Below are positions 25,523-37,800 of a stretch of DNA of 64,000 bases, piece after piece. The notes under the pieces are model-generated. The model worked only from the letters and a program-made list of their open reading frames with translations. It did no database searches and was not told the origin of the DNA. Each line of letters begins with the position of its first letter. Positions within the stretch are counted from its first letter, which is position 1. Source of the stretch: Haliotis rufescens (Eukaryota). The stretch spans positions 1 to 64,000 of the forward strand of contig NW_025963817.1 in assembly GCF_023055435.1 (NCBI RefSeq), in the 5' to 3' direction. Position numbers and translations under genes: made by a program.

Positions 25523-27933
25523 TCAGATGTCCTGGCAGCTCATTGTACAGCGGTGACACGCCCACACTATGACCGCAGCCACTTGGATCCAAAACCCTGC
25601 AACATGGATACACATTTAAAAACGATGAAACTTAGAGATTTACGATATATATGTCTATGTATATCAATATTATATAATTAAGGTCAGTGCTCACCTAGCA
25701 CATATTGTTGTTTTCAAAAAAGATCAGTGAAAACATGACTTACATGATTATATGTTTAGTTATGTCATTACCTATGGTATAAAGGGTCACATTATATGTT
25801 TAGTTATGTCATTACCTATGGTATAGAGGGTCACATTATATGTTTAGTTATGTCATTACCTATGGTATAGAGGGTCACATTATATGAACTGTAACAACAC
25901 TGCTTTTAATGAGACGTATTTTCTTTTATTGACGTATTAGTCGAAAGGGGCCCGTGAAGATCTGATTAGAGTAGGTCTTCAGCAACCCATGCTTGCCGTA
26001 AAAGGCCACTATGCTTGTCGCGAGAGAAGTCTGACGGGGTCGGGTGGTCAAGCTCGCAAACTTGGTTGATGCATGTCATCGTATCCCAATTGAGTGGATC
26101 GATGCTTATGATGTCAATCACCGGATTGTCTGATCGAGACTCGATAAGTTACAGACCGCCGTCATATAGCAGGAATATTGCCGAGTGCGGCGTCAAAGAA
26201 CAAATAAACAAACCAAAATTAGTCGAAAGGACAGTATGAGGAATGAAACTCTCACCTGGCATGGACGCTAGACGAGATGACCCATTACTACTGATCATGA
26301 ATGCTGCTGATTTAGGAACGTTTTTACAGGTCGAACATTTCTCGTGACAGGACCGACCAGTGAACCCATCGCGGCAGCCCTGCTTGCACGTTCCATCAGT
26401 GAGACAGTCATTATTCAAACAGTTTTCAGGGCACTTTCTGTCGCAGTGGGTTCCTCTCCATCCTCCGATACAGCCATTGATACAGGAGCCATCTGTATAT
26501 GAGCACGAATGTCTGCACGTTTTGCTGCAATGATGACTACATGTTGGTCCATACCGACCTTCCCTGCATCCCTCCTGGCACGTGCCGGTTTCACGATCAC
26601 AAAGACTCAAGCCATCTCGACCTGCATAACAATTGCTGCATTTCAGATTGCATCCATTGCCATATCGCCCTGGGGAGCATTCCTCGCACCTGCCCGATGT
26701 TCTGTCACATCCAGTGGTATGGCAATGCGGACATTGCCTATCACAAAACAGGCCATAAAATCCTGGTTCGCAACCATATTTACATTTTCCATCGGTGTAA
26801 CAGGCGCCTGTTCGACAACTTTTCGAGCATTTTTCGTTACAGAATGATCCTTTCCACCCGTGTCTACAGCCGTTGACACAAGACCCATCTTTTGGAAAGC
26901 ATACTGAGTTTTTACAGTTGCTACTACAACTGCTACCACAATGAGGTCCATGTCTCCCATCTATGCATCCTTGCACACAGGTTCCGTCTGCACGCGCACA
27001 ATGCCTGTAGCCATCACGTTCTGTGTAGCAGTAGTGACTACATGTCATGGTGCAGTTGTCGCCATGGAAACCAGGTGAGCATTGATCACATCTGCCTGAA
27101 AATCTGTCACATCAAGTTGTGTAACAGTTAGAGCACTTCTTGTCACAGAACTGGCCATAGTAACCAGGTTCGCAGCCCTCTTTGCACTTGCCGTCACTGT
27201 GGCAGATACCTCGCAAGCAGTTAGCCGAGCACGTCTCATTACAGAAGGGCCCTCTCCATCCATGCGCACATCCAACCAGACAATACCCATTGGTCTTGGC
27301 ACACAACGAGTGTTTGCAATGTTGTGGACAGCGTTTCTGACACGTGCTCCCGAAATGTCCCTTGTTACAAGTTTCCAGGCAGTTCCCTGAGCTTCTGTTA
27401 CAGTGAACATCACCCTTGTAATCTGCAGGACAGTTGCCTGGACATATAGTGTTACACCCGTCACCGTGGTAACCTGGTTTACACCTGTAACACCTGCCTG
27501 TATCTCTGTCACACCCATCACTGTCACAGTGGCTGCAGTGGTCAGTACATCTGTCTCCATAACAACCGTGTAGGCAGGCTTGACAAGTTAATCCCCCATA
27601 TGGAGGGGTGCAACCATCTTCACATTTGCCGACATGAGAACCGATGTTTACTGTGGAATAACAGAACTACTGTTAAGTAATTCATATTAATGAGTGAGTG
27701 AGTGAGTGAGTATTAACACTATCATATATATTAATGAAATACGTCATGTTTGATTGCCATAAGGTAATGTCAAAACTATAGTTTTACCATTCAACATAAG
27801 AAAAATGTTAATTTAAACGTGATTCATCTGTTTCATGACTGCCCAATTTCACACTGACAAACATTTTCTTACCGTGGACGCATGTATATATCAAGGCGAC
27901 GATTGTCACAATGCGACTGAGAACTCTTTCCAT
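25523..27933 (-). pseudogene. Multiple EGF-like domain protein, copy 3, nonsense codon at position 200 (pseudogene or truncated allele)
   Basis: Exons 27933-27873, 27650-26256 and 25596-25523 with intact splice sites. GGA>TGA at 27112-27114 (+ strand atcaagttg versus atccagttg in copies 1 and 2). The frame stays open after the stop. Confidence 0.85.
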
Positions 27934-28211
27934 CTTCTTAAACGCCAATATGCGGTATTCAGTACAGTATCGGAGAAAGCATATCACCAGGACTCTATGT
28001 CGGGGGACACATTGGACCGCGACCAGCACACCCAGTGTCGCCTCGTAGATGTGCAGGATACGTGCAAGGGACTGTACACCCATATAAGTCCACAAGGTTT
28101 GAACTATCTATTTATAATTCTGACTTGGCCTTTCAGCCATAAACAGTGTTAGATTATACAGACCTGACTCCATGTCTGGCAGGCTGCCAGCAGTGCATGA
28201 CTAAACCTGTC

Positions 28212-28228
28212 TTTATAGTTTCTTTTTC
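28212..28228 (-). promoter_or_regulatory. Putative TATA box plus ISRE/IRF-like motif upstream of EGF gene copy 3
   Basis: Minus-strand TATAAA at 28212-28217 abuts AGTTTCTTTTTC (28217-28228), which matches the ISRE core AGTTTCNNTTTC. About 280 bp upstream of the ATG. Confidence 0.35.
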
Positions 28229-28959
28229 AATTCAGTGTCTGTGTGTTCAGTGTGTTAGGTAATATTATACATGTATGTTTTCTGAGTTATTTTTTGTTTA
28301 GGTACAAACGTTTCTAACAATCAGTTTTATCTTTCTTTAAGTTCCAATAATAATCTCCTATGGAAGATGGAGGGTTGGTATGACGCCGTCTAGGAATAAT
28401 ATAAAACAGTTTGTTTCAATGGTTGACATAACGTAGACATCTGCATGATATGCTCAACAATACTTATTTGAACTTTGATTTGTTGTCACCTATCTTACTA
28501 TAAAGAAGCAAATGTGGTTCTATATATTGAAGAATAATTCATTCCCAATAGGTAAATGTATTTATAAGTGTAGTTTAACAAGTAGATACGTGTTACAAGT
28601 ATACCAGCATAATCAATGACATTATGTTGCATGTCGTAATGCGATCTAATCTGTGAGCTGAGGAGTACAATATGTAGCGAGAAAAAAAAATGTAGCGCAC
28701 TGGACAGTATTCATATACTGCGCGGATCCGCTGTGCATGTCAGTCTATCTTATCTATGTGTATTTTATCAACGACTTAAGTGTGTACTTTGTACCAAGTG
28801 ATCACTCACTGCCAGTGGCAGGTCGATATGATTCAGTAGGAATGAAAATGTAAAGTTCTCAATAAGGTTAACGGTCATATTCCAACACTTTCTACCATGT
28901 AGGTATTCCAGAACAGAAAGGTTCCGACTACCAATGCTTACCCTAATATATTGTTGATG

Positions 28960-29214
28960 TTTGTTGTTGTTTAACGCCGCACTCAAAAATATTCCAGCTA
29001 TTTGACGGCGGTCTGTAAATAATCCAGTCTGGACCAGACAATCCAGTGATATCATGAGCATCGATCCACGCAATTGGGATACGATAACATGTATCAACAA
29101 AGTCTGCGAGCCTGACCACCCGATCTCGTCAGATGCCTCTCACGACAAGCATAGTCGCCCCTTACGGCAAGCATGGGTTGCTAAGGACCTCTTCCACCCC
29201 GGATCTTCACGGGT
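28960..29214 (-). mobile_element. SINE family A (Nin/Deu-domain-like, (AAAC)n tail), representative copy
   Basis: Consensus gacccgtgaagatcc...cttgtcgtaagaggcgact...gctggaatattgctgagtgcggcgttaaacaacaaac. Further full or partial copies near 2370, 2950, 9310, 9858, 30195, 35748, 50560, 54558, 57770 and 62485. Confidence 0.85.
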
Positions 29215-29628
29215 TCTTACTGTAACAGATAACCCCATGAGGTTAAAACGTGTGATCTGAAGGATTATATGGGATTGTAAATCGATGGCGTGGATGTTGT
29301 TCATGACATCAACCAGTGTTTCATTTCCAGATTAATTTGTAATTAAAGGTCTAAGATACTGTAGACATGTGGCAGGAATATTGCTGACTGCGGCGTAAAA
29401 TCACTCACTCAAAGACAAAAACAACCTGTTAAAAGGCAAAATACATGTGTATACATGTGTACCCATTTGCACGTGCAATATGCTTTATTTAGATATGGAC
29501 AAAGACAAATGGTACGCTGGACTTCTATGTGTGGTACATACATTCTCCCCCTACCCCTTGCACAACAGTGCAAACATATCGGAATGCACGGAGGTACATT
29601 TAACGATGAGGTCAATTGTGACGTCTGA

Positions 29629-29776
29629 NNNNNNNNNNNNNNNNNNNNNNNNNNNNNNNNNNNNNNNNNNNNNNNNNNNNNNNNNNNNNNNNNNNNNNNN
29701 NNNNNNNNNNNNNNNNNNNNNNNNNNNNNNNNNNNNNNNNNNNNNNNNNNNNNNNNNNNNNNNNNNNNNNNNNNNN
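29629..29776. other. Assembly gap (also 45617-45750 and 53487-53621)
   Basis: Runs of N. Confidence 1.
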
Positions 29777-30765
29777 TTCACTAATAAGTCTACGACTTTT
29801 ACAGTGTAATATGATATTATTTACGACGAGTGAGTGAGTTGGGTTTAACGCCTCATTGAGCAGTATTTATGGTATATCATGGCATGCCGTGAGATCACCA
29901 ATGGTATATTGTATCTTAATGAAGGATGCAAGAACGGCTTCATCTGCCCTGTCGCAGTCAACCATGGAATGTGATGTGATACACAAAAGGACAAGCCAGC
30001 AATATGATAATAATAGAATTTAATGAAACATATTTATTACTCAAAGGTAAAATGTTTATTCTATTTGAATGGGAATGTCCACAGCACCATTTCAGGAATA
30101 TATACACCTTCGTGTTGATAGGTCCAAGTACAACACAGATGTAAATACATACATGTTAATAGCCCCGTGGCTCCACACAGCTACGAGTATGTCGTGTTTG
30201 TTTGTTTGTTTGTTTGTTTGTTTGTTTAAAGCCGTACTCTGCAATGGTAAAGCTATATAAAGGCGGTCTGTAAATAATCGAGTCTAGACCAGACAATCCA
30301 GTGATTAACAAAACGTCAAAGTATTCTAAACATACAGGATGTAAGTATGTGTATAAAGTCATATCACTACGTCCAATATCCAATAAGATAAAGATCACAA
30401 AGATCACAAAAGTACAGTTATTTCACATGCTTTTTTTGTTCGTAGTCAATACTAAATAGCTAACAAGAAGTATAATAACATTCGCTAATGAAATAATCAT
30501 TACCATAATCCTGAACAAACAAAAACTAAATACATGAATATCTTTATGTTGTTTTTTTAATGTTTTTTTATATAGATGTTATCATATGTATACCACATGA
30601 GTGAGTGAGTGAGTGATCCAGGTTTTTGATGTTTACACCTTTGGTATCATCCATGGCTACTCAAACCTGACACGACCAAGGGACATAGAGAAATGCGACG
30701 CCTCAGGCGACTGGGCCACTCGTGTCCAATACCCCTCCTGAGCATTGTTCACATTGGGTAAGTGA

Positions 30766-31118
30766 GGTGAGGTGAAATGGGGTTTAACGTCGCGTCCAAG
30801 ATTATTGCGCTTATATAGCGACGTGCATGTACGTGTGTGTGTTTGTGTGGCTGCTTGTACTAGTCCGGACTGATGCCGATTTATAGTGCTAGCTCACTGA
30901 GATACCATGCCGCAGTTTAACATGAATACCCCACTCAGACACAGTATACTGACTCCGAGCCGACCAGTCCTTGTTTTAGCCCCTTAATGCCGAGCGCCAG
31001 ACAGGGTAACAACAAGTACCATCTTTTAACGTCTTTTGCTATGACGCGGCCCGGGATCGAACCCCGGACCTTCCGCTCTCCGGGCGGACGCTCTACCACT
31101 AGACCACGGAGACGGTCC
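30766..31118 (-). mobile_element. tRNA-derived SINE, family C (MetaSINE-like central domain)
   Basis: Minus-strand head GGTCTAGTGG...GGTTCGATCCC, central aaaagatggtacttgttgttaccctgtctggcgctcggcattaag, (ACCTC)n tail, TSD cattgggtaagtga at 30752-30765 and 31118-31131. The Meta-domain assignment is from recalled similarity only. Confidence 0.85.
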
Positions 31119-31818
31119 ATTGGGTAAGTGATCAAGATTATTAACATGATAAAACTGCATGGATCAGTTTGTACATGTAATTCAGAAATCTGTTTAAGGA
31201 ACATTGGATGGTGATAAGATCCAAAATTGTTACGGTGATCACGAAGGCGAGGCAAATTAATGAATTTAGTTAATAGGATGAAGGGTTGTGAAGATACTTG
31301 AAGTGGAACGTCCAGCACTGTTCTCAAGACCATCGTCTAACCATACCCTGACCAAAGACGTTACCCCGTCAGCAGGCTGACACCGTAGGAATGTCATCCA
31401 CACCATCGATAGCCACTGTCTTGTGATCTGCACCCGCAATGTGAAATATAATAAAACAAATATATTTATCAATTAGTCTATATTTGTTTAATTAATTTAT
31501 CTTAAAACTTACATGTTTTATCTACCTACATAACACTATCTCAAACATGTCTTACGAAGACAGATCGTGGAAATGTCTGGGCGTGTAGCAGTGGTCAAGG
31601 GGGGTAACTCTAACAATGTTAAAATAGCAGTTGTTGCTTCCGGGTTTCCCAACGCGGGATATGAAAACGACTTCAAAGGTCATGCGGTTTTCGCTGCATG
31701 ACAGTCGTTTGTAAATAAACACCTGTTACTTAACACAATCCAGGTTATACTGTCCTCAATACCGCAACTGAGACATATTGTGAACTGAGTTGACAAAGGC
31801 AGATGTGTTTGCAGGAGG

Positions 31819-34800
31819 ATGGGGCTTATCATATCGTTCTGTCAATTGTTCTTTGAAAAATTGTTCCAGAAAAGCGGATCAAGGTAGGTTGTAACACGGA
31901 TGTGACGATGTTTTTGTTATATTTTACACATCATTACATCGGGGCCAGTATTGTAGTAATTTTGAAATACACTCTGTAGTCGGGAGATATTGCTTGGACT
32001 AGATCAAGCGATATCTACACTGTAGATATCGCTGCAATGAAATTACATCACAATGCTTTGCAGACCATTGTGACGTCACCGGTTACCATGACGTCACAAT
32101 CAAATGACATCACTAATGGCTCTGCTACTGAAGCTGTTAGCAGTACTTTTTACACTGAAAACACTGCTAATTACTGTCTACTAATTGAAAAAGTTGGAAG
32201 AATGATGTTGGATGATATATAAAATCTCACTCAGAATTTTACCACTTTTATCAACTCGTGTTGATATATTTGATATCAAAAGACACTCGGGTGAGATTCT
32301 CTATTTAACAATAACATTTTTAATATTTTAGAATAAAGATCTATTAGAATCTTGCATGAATGCATTCTTCTATTTTTCACAATTTGAAATGTTGTTCCCT
32401 CCTAGCTGTAGTTTAGCTAGTCCAAAAGAAAACAAGAGAGACATAGCTATATATGTATATGTGGAATATATATTATCTCAAAAGTCATGAAAATATATAC
32501 AACTTTGAATTTGTCAGTCACACGTGAGATAAATATGTTATTAGTGAGGATCGACTACCCCCTACTATGAAAATCCTTCCTACGGTCTGCTTCATAAATG
32601 ACTGGCCTGGCCTCGATTAGTTCCACTACGATATTGCGGTAATATTGATCGAGACCTGTAGGTTACATTTATAATAATTTATTAGGCTAAAACAAATAAT
32701 AGTCTTGGTTCTCAGGCACCACACACATCATCATAAAGTTCACCGCATGTTACGTTTTTATTTCCATTTAAAAAAAAAAAATCCTTAAATAAGTCCAACG
32801 GTAGTTAAATACTGTATTCCAGTAATTTACTCATCAAGGAATATATTCATGAAGAGAGGCCCTTTCCCAGGTTGATTGTACACAATTGTTTATTGGTTAC
32901 ATACTAGTTTGAACACACACACACCCAAAAAAAAAGAAGAAAAAAAGACACCGCTCGCCCGCACTATATTTAAAAAAAAACATTGCCTGGGAACCAATTC
33001 TTTTATTTTTTTAAGGCTTATGTTTCATATTTTTTAACCTCAGGAACAAATTTGAAATTGAAGATGGCATCACCTTGTTTGACAATGAACACAGCCCTTG
33101 TGCAAGGAGAGTCCGTATTGCTCTCCATGAAAAGAAGATTCCATATAAGACGGTAAGACACTGTACTCCTGATGGTGTGGAGTGTTCATGTTATCAATCA
33201 CTGGTTTGTGAATCAAGTGCAGCCATAGCAATATGTTAGCTGGGTATTCTATGGTCTTGTATGTTTTGTTTGTTGTTTAATGCCGCACTCAGCTATATTC
33301 CAGCTATATGACGGCGGTCTGTAAATAATCGAGTCTGGACCAGACAATCCAGTGTTTGATATCATGAGCATCCCTTACACAATTGGGATACCATTACATG
33401 CATCAACCGAGTCAGCGAGCCTGACCACCCGATCCCATTAGTCGCCTCATTCGACAAGCATTGTAAGTCACCTTTTACGGCAAGCATCGATTGCTGAAGA
33501 CCTATTCTACCCTGGATCTTCACGGGTCTGGTCTTCTATTATATCACTGGGTCCTGCCGCCATCATTGATCTCAGCACCGACCGATCACTTCTTGCTTTC
33601 TTTCCTTAATATTAAGATGGCAAGTCATCAATGCTACATTTTTAAGCCCATTCGCTCGCTGTGTAGTTTATGTGTGTTTGTGTACATCAGGTTGAGGTGA
33701 ATCTGCTCACGGGAGAGAATCATCACCCAGACTTCGTGAAGATCAGTCCCAACAGAAAAATACCAGCCATTGCATTCAAGAACGTACAGGTGACACCATT
33801 AATCAGTTTTACTAACAATATCTGTATTGCATGTCATGTACAGAAGTTATGTGTTTGTAAATCAAACCTACTGGATTTCAGGTCAGATTATTAATCAGAA
33901 AAACTTCTGCTAGCTAGGTGAGTTCACTGGATTATGTGTGACATCATCCATTGTATAATGATGTCATCGCATTCCATGGTGATGTCATAGCTTTCCAGGT
34001 TAACATCCTAGCCTTCCAGAGTGACATCACGTCTGTCTCACAACTGCTGGAGATCATGTAGAGAAAGTGTCCTTCGGGATCCTACTGATAACTTTTGTAT
34101 TTTACAATGTCAAAAAGCAAAATGTTTTAGATTTTAGGGTGTATATATATATAAATATCAAAATTTCAGGGCATCAAATACAGTCAACTACGTTTAAAAC
34201 GAACTGACCGATATAACGAACTAATTTTTTCGTCCCGACCATTTGTTGAAATGCTGTATGTATGCTTATAACAAACTACAGTTATTACAAAGTAAAATTA
34301 GTGGTCCCCTCGAGTTTGTTATAACCGTAGATTACTGTAGTGAAAAACACCCTCAAATTTAAGTATAGGATGAAACACGTCCGAGGGTTGTTATGATATT
34401 TAAAACCCGCATCCCGAGGGATTTTTCGAGGGAATGGGTTTTAAATATCATAACAACCCGAGGGGAAGTGTTTTATCCTACTTATAAACAGATTTTGAAC
34501 CTTAAGACATTTATCAACATTTTTATGTTTCGAACATACTTTCCATGAACCTTAGGAAACGGGCATAAAATATCTGTTGCTGGCGTACGGATCTTGAAAA
34601 GGACATTCTAAAAAGCAGTGCGGCTTATCAACACCTCCGTAGCCTTGTGGTACACTCACTGGGCTACAGATATGAAAGTTGCGAGTTCGATCCTCGGGAA
34701 TATAAAGAAAACATTTGTCATTTGATTTTACATTTCATTACATGTTACAATCTGAACAGAAGTTATATTAATAAAATACCCAGGACATTATATAAAATCC

Positions 34801-37800
34801 CTGGGATATTATAACACATTATATAGCAAATATGACTTGAATATCCTATAAAATCCCGGGGATATTGTATTAAATCCCAGGGACATTACAACGTCCCTGT
34901 TTATGAGATTTAACCCGACTGGAGAACAATAGGATGACGTCACTGGAGTTTTATAAAAACACATTATGTTTATTTCCTACCTCTGACTCCTTACCGGTAT
35001 GTTTATTTCTTACCTCTGACTCCTGTTGTAAGGTATAGACTTGTGTTTTCGCAGGACGTCCCTGATTGTGTGATGTTCGAGTCCAGTGTGATCATCGAGT
35101 ACTTGGACACTGTGTGCCCAGGCAGCAGGCTGTACCCAGTTGACCCCTGGGAAAGGGCACAGGTCAAGATGTGGATGGATTGGGAGCTTGGTCTTGTTGA
35201 TGTAAGATTTGTTGTTTGTTTGTTTTTTATATGACGGCGTTCTGTAAATAATCGAGTCTGGACCAGACATTCCAGTGATTGACATCATGAGCATCGATCA
35301 AAGCAATTGGGATGCGATGACATGCATCAACCAAGTCAGCCAGCCTGACCACCAGATCCCGTTAGTCGCGTCTTAGGACAAGCATAGCCCCCCATTATGG
35401 CAAGCATGGGTTGATGAAGACCCATTCTACCCCGGATCTTCACGGGTCTGTCGATGTAAGAAACCTAATAAGGTGTGAGTGTTAAACACAAAATGATGCT
35501 CTCAAGCTGATGCTTTGTAGCCATGTTTGTCTACAGAATCTGCCACACATTTCAACCCCCTCTGTACATGTATTGGGAACATTTGACAACATAGTAAGCA
35601 GGTACGTACACATGCGTCATGTAGAGCTTGAAAGTAGTTCCTGTCAGGTGACCGACCTTCTTGCCTATTCTTTTTATCTTGATACCACGTTTTTCAGATT
35701 GGTATGTTGCATAAACAATATTATTACTTGCCATTATATGATAAATAATTTGTTTGTTTGTTGTTTAATGCCACACTCAGCAATATTACAGCTATATGAC
35801 GTCGGTCTGGACCAGACAATCCAGTGATTGACATCATGAGCATCAATCTATGTAATTGGGATTCGATGACATGCTTCAACCAATCCCATTAATCGCCTCT
35901 TACGAACGTTGTCACCTATTATCACAAGAATGGGTTGCTGATGACCTATTCTCTACCCGGATCTTCAGGGTTCGTGATAAATGAAACTAATTTGGGTTAT
36001 AATGTCCAAGACCTGGCTGTATCAAACTTCATTGATGCATCAACATGTCATTGAACCTCATTAACTAATGTATCATTAAATCAAGTTGTACTAACATTTT
36101 AATGACGTCGTTAACTTAATTAAGGTCCTGGGGTATCATTAGCATGTCATTAAAAACAAACAGGGCTGCGAACATATTCTTTGAATGCTTAGGACACACA
36201 AGGAAAGACTGTGTTTTCAGAAAACAAACTCAGCACCTCAAAACCTATCTTCCTGGGGCAAGGACTGTGAAAGTCCAGTTTCCACCCTGCCGAACTAGCT
36301 TGGAATATCTGGGTTCGGTTGTAGCGCCACTAGTGGTTATTACGAATTATGTCCCTTCTATGTCCCTAAGACGATCTGATCGATAATCAAGGTCTATGTT
36401 GTAATAAAACTGATCTGACTTCGCGAAGTGCATCAAATCACGTGAGCACCTTGATTAAAGATATGAAAAGATTTGGAAAATATCTGTTGACGCTAAATCC
36501 TGCAATCGACTGAAATCTACATGGCAGTTTACGAACAGGATGTTGATTTTGATACACACTTTTCATTGGACTATGCATAGCCTCATTAGTCCAGCCCAAA
36601 TATAACTCCAGCCTAGTTCGGCAAGGGTAGAAACTGGACTGGTCAGTTAACCCCCTTGCCTCGGGAAGATGCTCAAATCCATGAGCGATGAAGAAGTTAG
36701 TGCATGTTTCTGCTGTAGGAAGGCCATGTATTTAATGTATCATAAGGGTTTACTGTAGCTGTTAGTTAATGAAGCTTTGATACAGCCAGGTCCAAGTCTT
36801 TATACGTGAACCCTGTCTACTATGATGATGATGATGATGATGATGTGTTCTGCTGCAGGACCATGTACCTCTGGTGTATCAGAATACCCTCCCATTCATC
36901 CTGAGACTCAAACACCCATCAAAGGAGGCATACCTCAAGACTGTCCATCCTAACATGCCCAAGGCAAAAAGGGACATTTTTTGTAGGTACGTGAATGAAG
37001 GGAAGAGGACCAGCTTGAGTCTATATTCCACCAGGTGTACATATAATGGGGACAGCGTTAAGACCATAAAAGATATGTAGATAATATTAAGAAATCATGA
37101 CAGAAAAAAACATTTGAGAACAAATTAGCTTGATTGTTTGATGACAAATCCGCATTTATTGAAAAATCCCCCTGAAAACTTGGCACCCCCTTAACAGAAA
37201 CATGATAAATGTCAGTTATGCCCATCAATAGCGTGTGTGGCTTCCGTTAGCTGCTATACAGGCCACACATTAATGTCTCCTTGAGTTGCTAGTCTTTGGA
37301 AGAATGCCGTTCCATTCCCGAACCAAAAAGGCTTTCAGTTCCTGAAGTGTATGTGGCTGCCTTGCAGCCTGAAGACGTCTCCCAATCTCGTACAAGACAT
37401 GCTCCATTGGCGCCATGTCCGGTGACAAAGACGGCCAGGGTATCACAGGAATGTTATTCACCCTGAGGAAGTGCATGGAGACCTGTGCTGTATGGGGACA
37501 AGCGTTGTCCTGCTGAAAGACCTAGAGTTGAGGTTGACCCAGGAAGCGGTCTGACATGAATACGAAGAACATCATCCATGTACACGACAGTAGCCACACG
37601 CTAACGGAACACGTGTAGATCGCTCCTGTGATGATAACTGAAGCCTCCCCACACCACGATGCTTCCTCCTTCCCACCGGTTGGCCTGTAAGACACAGCAG
37701 TACCCTCATTAAGTAGTTTGCATGCACACTCTGATATGGCTATCGGAGTGAGAAAGACAACTTGCTGCCGCTGCTGAATGTCGCCAACACAGGTGCTGTT

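Larger units (their letters stand above)
14977..28224. repeat. Tandem segmental triplication (units 14977-19034, 19049-24282, 24297-28224)
   Basis: Each unit starts taccgctttagtgaaacccacaagcacggg and ends cctgtctttatagtttcttt. The units are highly similar, and most of the length difference comes from VNTR copy number. Confidence 0.95.

Noticed and set aside
14977-28224. Gene-conversion mosaicism among the three copies
   Set aside because: The differences I checked look like private changes in each copy; mosaicism cannot be shown without an outgroup and a full alignment.
31266-31472. Exon-like minus-strand segment after a CAG acceptor
   Set aside because: No recognisable product and no partner exons found.
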